Part shown: positions 23,246 through 32,428 of the stretch, one piece after another
How positions within the stretch are numbered: the first letter of the stretch is position 1
How the letters are laid out: each line of letters begins with the position of its first letter
Assembly: GCF_001194135.2 (NCBI RefSeq)
Contig: NC_068983.1
Location: 139,064,691-139,097,118 of the forward strand
Length of the DNA stretch: 32,428 nucleotides
Source of the DNA: Octopus bimaculoides
Lineage: Eukaryota
Direction of reading: 5' to 3'
The notes under the pieces: model-generated
Told to the model about the DNA's origin: nothing
The model's database searches: none
Seen by the model: only the letters and a program-made list of their open reading frames with translations
Made by a program: the position numbers and the translations under genes

Positions 23246-23404
23246 GTACTGCACACATTCTACGCAAAACACTTTCAATACAGTAAACATAAGAGCACCA
23301 CAGCAAACCACAGCACATACCCAAGGCGCACAGAGCTGCGCTCGGTAGTGAAGTGAAAGTACGTTATAAAAATAAAACTACTGAATGATAATAATAATAA
23401 TAAT
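23246..23404 (+). mobile_element. 3' end of an R4/Dong-like RLE retrotransposon with (TAA)n tail
   Basis: (G)TAHILRKTLSIQ* (stop 23284-23286) is the conserved GTAHILRK C-terminus of R4/Dong elements. A ~100-bp 3' UTR and TAA repeats follow. The upstream part is hidden in the gap. Confidence 0.8.
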
Positions 23405-23599
23405 ATGGTTTCTTATGGTTTCTTAAACATTCACTTGAACAAAACTGTACAAATCCAAATATATGGTACCCTAGGCATAACACCTACATGAACTTCTAAC
23501 TTGTTGTCTCTTGAGGTCTCTGGGTGAGACTTGGATCCAACTTGTACAAATGCAAAACAAAAGTCAAACATAAAATAATAATATTAATAATAATAATAA
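23405..23599 (+). mobile_element. Probable 3' UTR of a second TAA-targeting retroelement family
   Basis: Non-coding ~190 bp between two (TAA)n tracts, ending ..CAAACATAAAATAATAATATTAATAATAATAATAA. Starts with a 10-bp tandem duplication TATGGTTTCT (23404-23423). Family assignment is inference. Confidence 0.5.
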
Positions 23600-23607
23600 C
23601 ATCGAAA

Positions 23608-23653
23608 AATACCTGATGAAGGCTGGAGGGTATATCAGCCGAAACGTTGTGTT
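23608..23653 (+). ncRNA. Minimal type I hammerhead ribozyme motif, apparently intact (PLE pseudo-LTR type)
   Basis: Stem I AATAC/GTGTT, core CTGATGA (23613-23619) plus A, stem II GGCTG/CAGCC with a 10-nt loop, GAAA (23641-23644), palindromic ACGT stem III, GUU cleavage triplet (cut after 23648). Confidence 0.75.
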
Positions 23654-24122
23654 AACAACCAACAACATGAGGAAAAATATCAGTCAATTGTAAATAATGT
23701 AAATAATATTAATAATGTACATAATTCCTCATCTCTTCAATATAGATGTGAAAACCTAATAATAGTAATAATAAAACTAATGTAAAGATCAAATAAGTAA
23801 TGCCTGTGCTTATTACCAAAATGTCCATCCCCAAATATAACACTACAAACACATATACACACACTCACACATGCACACATCCCCCCCCACCTGCGCGCAG
23901 GCAAACACATACATGCATAAGGTCCTAGGAGAATAGGATGGTAGAGAAATTCTAATGCAGTACTCATCCTGAAATTTAGGATACTTTCACTGTCGAATTC
24001 CCAGACTAATATCGAAATTTTTCAGGTGTAAAGAATCCTGGTTTTGCGTCAATTGCAAGGGTTTACGAAGAGAGAAATATAATCCAATAAATCCTGAACG
24101 AAAATGTTTATAGCTGTATCAT

Positions 24123-24158
<36 letters not shown>

Positions 24159-25452
24159 NNNNNNNNNNNNNNNNNNNNNNNNNNNNNNNNNNNNNNNNNN
24201 NNNNNNNNNNNNNNNNNNNNNNNNNNNNNNNNNNNNNNNNNNNNNNNNNNNNNNNNNNNNNNNNNNNNNNNNNNNNNNNNNNNNNNNNNNNNNNNNNNNN
24301 NNNNNNNNNNNNNNNNNNNNNNNNNNNNNNNNNNNNNNNNNNNNNNNNNNNNNNNNNNNNNNNNNNNTGTATCTATGAGTGAAGTAAGAACTCGGTATCA
24401 ACTGCACATAGCCTATATTCTAATTACGTATATTTTGGGAAGGATCTGGGTTTTGCCATAAGCACTTGATATTCTTCATCCAATCTGGCAGTTGCTTTCC
24501 TGCTGTGGCCTTTTCTTTCCTGATTCTTTCGTAAGAAATGTGCAATTCTTCATAATTCTTACTTTCCTTTACAAAGATGTGTTACAGATGTAATCAGAAT
24601 TCGGCCTTTAGGCAATTATCGGATTCAGAAGCAAGCTGTTGTCTAAGTATGAATCATTACTGCCCAAAAGATTGCAGACATAGCCAAAGATTGTAGACTA
24701 TCATGTGGCATAGTACCCTTCCTAACGATTAAACAAACCCTGTGCATCAAGAGTAAGCTCGGGAGAATATGAATCTAATAAAAGAAATTCTCTATATAAA
24801 CGTAGTTGCGAAGTAAACTTCTGATTAAATTTTAAAAATGATGACAGCAATATTTGTGAATGAAACTATTGAAATAACATTTCCTTACGTAGTGAACTCT
24901 TGATATCAGCAAGAACTTTAGAAACCCTATGTCTTCTGCTTCTCAAAGCATAAGGCTGTCTGCTGAGTCGGAATAAATCAATACGACGTAATCGTGCAAG
25001 ATCTTTTTCAGAAATCATGATTAATTTGTTTCGCATATGTAATAATTCTCAAAAGTATTCATAAAGCGAAAATTAAAAATTATATACAAAAAAAACCTCA
25101 GATATTATGTACATGTTAATGCAATATAATTCAGTGACGGCATAGAGTAGCTGAGTATTTTCGCTAGGGGCAGTAATAAGACAATTTCAATAAATTTCTT
25201 GACGTATATTTCTAATGTTCTTGTCACAGCACGATGTCTAACAAATAATATTTTTTTTTCCCTCAAAATATCTGTTATTTGAAAAGTATGTTCAAATGAA
25301 GTTATTCATATGACACTTTTTATCATCATACTAATCCATGTAGGAGAATACTTAAATATAACAATATGAAATAAATCATGTGAATCTTCTTTAAATATCT
25401 ACGTGCCTACACATAGTGAACATATATTCTATTGTCTTAAACATTTTGTCAC

Positions 25453-25607
<155 letters not shown>

Positions 25608-26081
25608 CTCTTAAAAGATAGAGCTCAAAATCAATGCATTGAAGATACTTTATTGCAGCAACAATTATAATAACAGAAACAACCACAATAAGTCAAACCT
25701 ATGCACATTTCAATAGGGTATCCCGGATAAATAAACCACATCATAAGATGTGTCGTATAATATTGTAACATATTACAACATATTACAAATTGCTGGATAC
25801 TCCATCTCTTCAGGGTCGCATTATTGCCATCACCAATATTACTATTATTAGCAAAACACACACATCATCCAAGAGGGTGAAAGAATAATCGACGGTACGC
25901 AACCTACCATCGTTATTTTATTTCAGAATGTAAACAAACAAATCAATTCAAATCCAGTGACGTAAACCGCCCGGTTTACAGCGTACAAATCCCTTGCCAA
26001 AATTTTATCCCCCATATACATCAAGATTTCCTAATGGATCTTTCTATAACCATAATATATTAATTAATTATACCCGCCCGT

Positions 26082-26730
26082 ACACACGCACACACACACC
26101 CACTCACACACCCACACCCACACACACACACATACACAAACACATATATACCTATACTTACATACACACACCCATATATATCTCTCTCTCTCTATATTAT
26201 TTTTTTAAATATATAACTATATACACACAAACACATATATACGTACACATATGCATGCATATACATATACACACATATATATACACATACATATACACCC
26301 ACATATAAACGCACACAGATACACACATACATACATATATATACACACATATATATACATACACGTACACTTACATATAAATGTACACACATACATACAA
26401 CCATAACACACATTCACATACATACAAGCACATATACACATCCACACATACACACATATATATCAAAAAAGTTACATATTTATATAAATAAAAACCCATA
26501 TATACATATACATATACACATACATATACACACATACATATATACACATACACACACATATACATATACATACACACACATATATGTACCCACCCACATA
26601 CACATACATATACAAATACATACACACACAAATATATATATATATACATACATACACACATATATACATATACATATATACACACATACACTCTCGCATG
26701 TCTCCACATGTATACCTATACCCATAGACA
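26082..26730. repeat. Long degenerate (CA)/(TA) low-complexity tract inside the TIR element
   Basis: Mixed CACA/TACA/TATA units over ~650 bp. Confidence 0.9.
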
Positions 26731-26833
26731 TATACACTCTTTGCGCCACAGACCTAATTCCTGTAAAATATATAGAGATGAATATACCTATTCCTAAATT
26801 GCAAACTTGTGCCTATACACATTCCGGTAATTC

Positions 26834-27707
26834 CTATTTATAAAATGCATACGTATGCCTATACATATGTAGACATCTGTAAGCTTTAAACGTTATTTTA
26901 TTAAATAGGTGACCCTTGGAAAAAAGTATGGAAAATAATTCCAAGTTACATAACGAACAAGTAGTTTTACCCTTGTCGTACGGCATCGATTTGCCTACTA
27001 TCAACCATTCAAGGGAGTGATCCCTTTTCTCATCTTTCAATTTCTAAACCAAACTACTAAGCGCCGTACTATATTGTTTACTCCTATCCCTAAAGGACGA
27101 GTAATGATTAGAAATTCGTTTCGAGACTTCAAGTGACGAAGCCCCAATATAACTCCAAATCTTCTTATCCGTTATAACATTACACCTATACACAATGTTT
27201 TTAGTTTTAGCATTTGCACTAAGGAATCTTATTCTATTAGGGTTATCTTCAGATATTTCTATTATTTTATTATCAAAGTTAATGGTATTATCCATATCCT
27301 TTTTGTCTTGACTAACATCTCGAACATTGTCTGTATTATTATTATTACTCTCTGTGTTTATGTCAACAGAATTATGACTAGAATTTGAGGATAAAAGTTT
27401 AAAGTNNNNNNNNNNNNNNNNNNNNNNNNNNNNNNNNNNNNNNNNNNNNNNNNNNGTTATGAGCGGCGATAATTTGGGTCAAATTTTTGGTATTTGAAAA
27501 ACCGAACCTTACCTTATGCTCGTTAATAACCTTATAGTAGAGCGAGTTTATTGGAAAATGTTTCCTAACTACCTTCCTAAATAAACTAACTAAATTTGAT
27601 TTTACTTGCCTCCCATATGGGACGATGAACCATAGACTATCCTGTTTCCTAGAATAACAGCTTACATTAATATCCCTAAAAAACTTAAGTCTACTATTAT
27701 CCAGCAA
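26834..27707 (-). pseudogene. PLE-type linker plus GIY-YIG endonuclease (~290 codons), one nonsense codon, no RT
   Basis: LWFIVPYGRQVKSNL..VRKHFP..YKVINEHKVRFGFSNTKNLTQIIAAHN [50-N gap] ..Asn-rich.. KNIVYRCNVITDKKIWSYIGASSLEVSKRISNHYSSF..STALSSLV*KLKD..LEWLIV..CSLCNLELFSIL..LFNK..RCLH. IVY/YIG, the catalytic Arg, Glu and Asn and a CxxC..CxH motif are all present. TAG at 27046-27044 replaces an expected Trp (TGG) and the frame continues. The one-base offset across the gap is compatible with an inexact gap size. Confidence 0.82.
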
Positions 27708-27888
27708 TTTGTAATATGTTGTAATATGTTACAATATTTTACGAGACATCTTATGATGTGGTTTATTTATTCGGGATACCCTATTGAAATGTGCATAAGT
27801 TTGGCTTATTGTGGTTGTTTCTGCTATTATAATTGTTGCTGCAATAAAGTATCTTCAATGCATTGATTTTGAGCTCTATCTTTTAAGA

Positions 27889-27933
<45 letters not shown>

Positions 27934-29770
27934 GTATTGTATATATGTATATATATACAATAGATTGTATATATTATATATATGTACGTATTGTAAATAC
28001 AATGAACATTAATATGTGATGTATGTGTGGGTGCGAGCACCAAGGAATAGAGTCATTGATGAAGTCCGTAACATATGTTGTAAGGCTGTAAAATCATTTT
28101 CTAACGAAGGAGAAAGGGTTAAATTAAAATCTAAAGGTGAGATACAGATATATACCGTGCAAGAGACGAAAAGTCAAAAATCCAGTAAAATCCAGATACA
28201 TTGACAACAATATGTACGTATATATGTATATATGTGACGTTTTAAGCAGGTTTTGAAATGTCAGAATATATCATGAGCAACATCACTGATATAGTAAGCA
28301 AGATCATGTACGCAACTTTATAGAAGAGCAGCCAATTAAATGTCAGTGACCTGTATCTTACCACTGACACTACACTCTATTTATTGTCAGTATGTATGCC
28401 TGGAAACTAACAACGTCACTGTAGATGTAAACAGAACCACATCGAACGATGTTATGCGCAATAACATTATAACTTTGACGCAAATTCTATTTCTTTGCAC
28501 TACAACGTTAAAAATCTATGCTCTCTAGATCAATGTGTTATTCAAAAGGAGATTTTTCTATCCCCCGCTTAGAAACATGAAGTGGAAATAAGAGACGGTT
28601 CAGTGGATTATAGCGTATTGTGAAAGAACATGAAATTAGCTTACGTCTAATTTTATAAAACACTGTGGGGCACAAAACACCGTTCACACACGCGCGCACA
28701 CAATGTGTGCATGCACACTCACATTGCACGCAAACACGTACGATACACATGCACGCAGATATACACACTCTTATATACGAAGCACACACGCAAACGCACA
28801 CATTCTTATATGATACATAAAGTGAAATCTCGCTAGATGAAACTTCACCCATCTTCGACTTTAAGTTGGACCCGTTCATCTTCGCCATTGTCAATAAGGC
28901 ATTCACATCAACTTCATATTGTCCCCTCTCTTTTATCTTTTTATTTCCATTTAGTGCGTCAGAAATTTATTATGTGCTTGGTTATATAGCACCACTGTAT
29001 TAGTACAGCGATTCCGGATATAAAATTTGATTGACTACAAAACATGACAAGTTAATCTCTAAGGGGTTATTGACTACGATTAGTTACACCGCCTGGTGTC
29101 GGAATTCATCAGATTTGATTTTCTTCACATAATGTGATTTGCTAAATTGTTCAAGCAGAATGTTTCGTAGCAAACAAATTCCTCTGCAAGTATCTGTAAG
29201 TTAAACCCGCTATCTCCCCGATTGCTTTTATCGATAAAAGTCTTAAATACTTATCTTTTATATTGATGTCCACTCAAATTTATCTATTTATTTATTTATT
29301 CTATTTTGAGGATATAATTATTTTGAATGGCAAATCTAAACAGAAATTTTACTACTCACTTTCTATCTAATAAATATTAATTAACATTGTTCTTAGCAAA
29401 CTCGATTGAGTGATTTCTAATGAAATTACTTCCAAATTTTAATTTATTTAATACAAATCTGTTACCATCTTGGGAAACATTTAGACGTTACTGATATCTG
29501 AAAATAAGATGGGATATACATAAATGATATTATAGAGGAATCGTGAAAGCACCATAATGTGATGGTAAAAACACAACTTCTGCAGTATTCATAGCTGATC
29601 TAATAGTCAGTTGACACATTTTAAACTCCCATCGTAAGTCCTCGTCAATTCAAGAGTAAAGTGAAAGAGAGGGACTTAGCAAAGGTAGTAGAAGTTGCTG
29701 CGTATTTCTTCATTGTGCAGTCACAAGTCGGTTGCTAAAATCAATAGTGATAATCTCGTCTGCTTCCTAG

Positions 29771-29804
<34 letters not shown>

Positions 29805-29806
<2 letters not shown>

Positions 29807-30018
29807 TTTTCTACTGTAGGCACAAGACCCGAAATTTTGGGAGGGGGACAGTCGATTAGATCGACCTCAGTACGTAACTGGTACTTAATTCATCGACCTC
29901 GAAATGATGAAAGGCAAAGTCGACCTCGGTAGAATTTGAACTCAGAACGTAGATACAGACGAAATACCGGTAAGCATTTCGCCCGGCGTACTAAAGTTTT
30001 TCCCAAATCGCTACCTTT
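29805..30018 (-). mobile_element. Deu/Nin-domain tRNA-derived SINE (copy 4), next to (TA)n
   Basis: Aligns with copies 1-3: GAAAGGCAAAGTCGACCTCGGTAGAATTTGAACTCAGAACGTAG..GCATTTCGCCCGGCG. Confidence 0.88.
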
Positions 30019-30029
30019 ATATATATATC

Positions 30030-30575
30030 ACTTGGATTACATCATCCAATGTTTGCTTCCATATTTTTAGATTTATGGTGCGATATTGAACAGATGTGGA
30101 TACTATTTCTAGTGCGTCTATATAGAGAGTCCCACGGTCCTTTCACTTGCATTGCTTCCGCATAGTTTGCGACAAGAGCCTTTGCTAATGAATCTGAGTT
30201 TCGTTTGAGCGATATCAATTTCTCTTCATGTTTTAATTCTCGACTAGATCCAGAACGTTTGCGAGATTGATTTCAACCATATCATTTGCACCTATTTCCT
30301 GTTTTAATTTACCCAGTTATACATTGTAGAGTGTGATCCTCATTTTCAAATTGCATTTTATAGAAATTTATTAGATAGACAAGTTACAGGCCAGATAGTG
30401 GCCAGTGGCTTACGACTAAATACATTTTCAGGTAAAAACAGACAGTATGTATATTTAGAATATATCGCAATTATGCTGATACGTGACAATACCAGATAGT
30501 TCCTTGTTGTAGTCGAAAGATTTTTACTGTTAGCACGAAATTCCGTACAGACAAAAATACCTTTTCTCCACACTG
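30030..30575 (-). mobile_element. Possible Tc1-like transposon 5' remnant
   Basis: A TIR-like CAGTGTGGAGAAAAGGTATTTTT starts at 30575 on the minus strand. Decayed RKRSGSSREL..KRNSDSLAKALVA..SLYRR resembles the Tc1 DNA-binding region. The flank is not a clean TA. Confidence 0.4.
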
Positions 30576-30716
30576 ACATGCTCTATTTCAGAATCAAGTT
30601 CGAATACAAATTGCAACTTGGTTGGCAGATATTGTTTAGAAATAGAAAATGGGAGATATGGCACTTGGAAAAGTAGAATGTTTTTTGATTTTCGTGCATG
30701 TAATTTAAAACCTGTA

Positions 30717-30975
30717 AAGGTGTGTGATCTAGTGGGTAGGGCGTTGCACTTCCGATCGAAAGATCACTCTTTCGAATCCCGGGCCGGGCAGTACGTTGTG
30801 TTCTTGAATAAATTACTTCATTTCATGCAGTTCTAATGAATGCAGCTGTCAACGAGTCCCTACAGTAGCTGGGACAATAACACTGCGTCCCGTTCAAGGG
30901 GTATTGTTGAAATCTCAACATCGAAACAGGGCTCCACCATTATTAGTCCTTGGGCTCATTACAGACCTAAAGCTA
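30717..30975 (+). mobile_element. tRNA-derived SINE with CORE-like domain
   Basis: A-box-like GATCTAGTGGGTAGGGCG, B-box-like TTCGAATCCC, then GTTGTGTTCTTGAATAAATTACTTCATTTCA..CAGCTG. The 3' end is approximate. Confidence 0.65.
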
Positions 30976-32319
30976 ATTTTTTTCTAGTTGTGCTATACCT
31001 AATAGAGATTTCACTGAAAGACGTTTTTGTTCTTGATACACGTTTCTGACGATGTTTGCAATAAGTGGATTTAAACAAATTGTCGATTCGCTATTAATTC
31101 CATGTATCGACTGAGCAGAGATTACTATACTCGTTGTTCTCCTGTCTAGGCTTAACGTTTTATATTCAAATATCATGACTGTTGTATAATAGGTATATTA
31201 TTAACAACAGAGTATATATATATATATATATNNNNNNNNNNNNNNNNNNNNNNNNNNNNNNNNNNNNNNNNNNNNNNNNNNNNNNNNNNNNNNNNNNNNN
31301 NNNNNNNNNNNNNNNNNNNNNNNNNNNNNNNNNNNNNNNNNNNNNNTATATAAATAGATTTTAGTATATCAACTCCACAGAGACAAACATAAGGAGAATT
31401 GAGTTGTTAATAGAGCGTCATGCGAGGGGTACAATTAACGAGATTTTATGAAAGTAATGACTATAAATCTCCAATGTACACAAATGACGTTACAAAATAC
31501 TGTCAGGCGTAACCACCCAGCAAACTCAGTAAAAGTAGCGAGTTCAATTATCAGACGAAGCCATCTAATTTTCTATTCTTCAATAACACTCAAAGCACGA
31601 GTAATAAAACTCATAGCACGAGTATCGAAGAATTACCAGTATAATTACTATATAAGAAGTAAACCATTTTGTATATTAAGAAAAAGAAAGCTAGCATATA
31701 AAATAAATTTTGCAGCCAAGAGATCTTTTATCTGATTGTGGTTATTTCTTATGGTTATTTCTTCTATTCTGTATAGTATTCTGCATTCTAAGTGCGACGA
31801 AAGACTTATAAATATTAGTATGCAAAAATAGAAATGTATTACATTGAAATGTTATTTATGATAGCCAGAATACATTTCAGTTAGATGCGAACTAAAGAAA
31901 TTTGGCCTGAGGGCAATTTTGGAGAAGTGATGTATACAATTAATACCAATTAACAACGTTGTTTACTGGGAATTTTTGCTGTCCAATTTCTTTACAAAAT
32001 TGTGAATCAGTAACGTTTCAATACAAGGGGAAGAATTTTAATATGGTTGTCACCTGAGGGCTCTTTCATTGTATCAGCTGTGCAGAAAACCAACGCAAAA
32101 TTGAGATTTCATGTTTCCCTAAATACAAGCAATTACACAGTCTCAAAATGCGACATACACACAGATGCATACATCGGTAAACGTATGCGATGAAGGTAAC
32201 TAAATACATACAGAAAGAAATGTAAGAATTGACATAAAGATGCATATATTTACCCATACATACATTAACCATACGCACAAAGTAACTTATGCACATATAC
32301 ACATGTATGCAAACATATA

Positions 32320-32384
32320 TACAAACATATATACACATACATACACATGCGTATGTATACATTTATATGTATGTATATATATGA

Positions 32385-32428
<44 letters not shown>
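32320..32428. repeat. (CATA)/(TA)n microsatellite to the window end
   Basis: Direct reading. Confidence 0.95.

Noticed and set aside
25994-26749. Cluster of overlapping 73-112 aa ORFs rich in Y/I/H/T or V/C/M/Y
   Set aside because: Translations of a degenerate CA/TA tract.
26834-27707. Selenocysteine recoding (known in some Naiad PLEs) as the explanation for the internal stop
   Set aside because: The stop is TAG at a Trp position, not TGA at a Cys position, and no SECIS was recognised.
28820-28906. Possible first exon MAKMNGSNLKSKMG on the minus strand with ACAATGG context
   Set aside because: Short, no homology recognised and no downstream exon identified.
29085-29110. Minus-strand CTGATGA next to an ACACC/GGTGT hairpin
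   Set aside because: The GAAA half of the core is missing.

Overview
AT-rich, gap-riddled eukaryotic genomic DNA with no recognisable host exon, rRNA, tRNA gene or CRISPR array. It is probably intronic or intergenic. The tRNA-derived SINE families and the dense (TA)n/(CA)n/(TAA)n tracts suggest a mollusc, probably an octopus/cephalopod (inference). Almost all long ORFs in the supplied track are artefacts of N-gaps and microsatellites. The interpretable content is a layered mobilome: a Neptune-like Penelope (PLE) remnant, a DD37D maT/mariner remnant, two Merlin-like MITEs with 8-bp TSDs, a decayed Chapaev-type transposase, RLE-type (R4/Dong/NeSL-like) and RTE LINE remnants, a probable Tc1 remnant, at least seven SINE copies (some nested) and several hammerhead-ribozyme-like motifs. 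The most unusual object is a ~2.29-kb element (25605-27892) bounded by 195-bp ~97%-identical terminal inverted repeats inside a (TA)n tract. It carries a nearly intact PLE-type GIY-YIG endonuclease ORF but no recognisable reverse transcriptase or transposase. All alignments and mismatch counts were done by eye.
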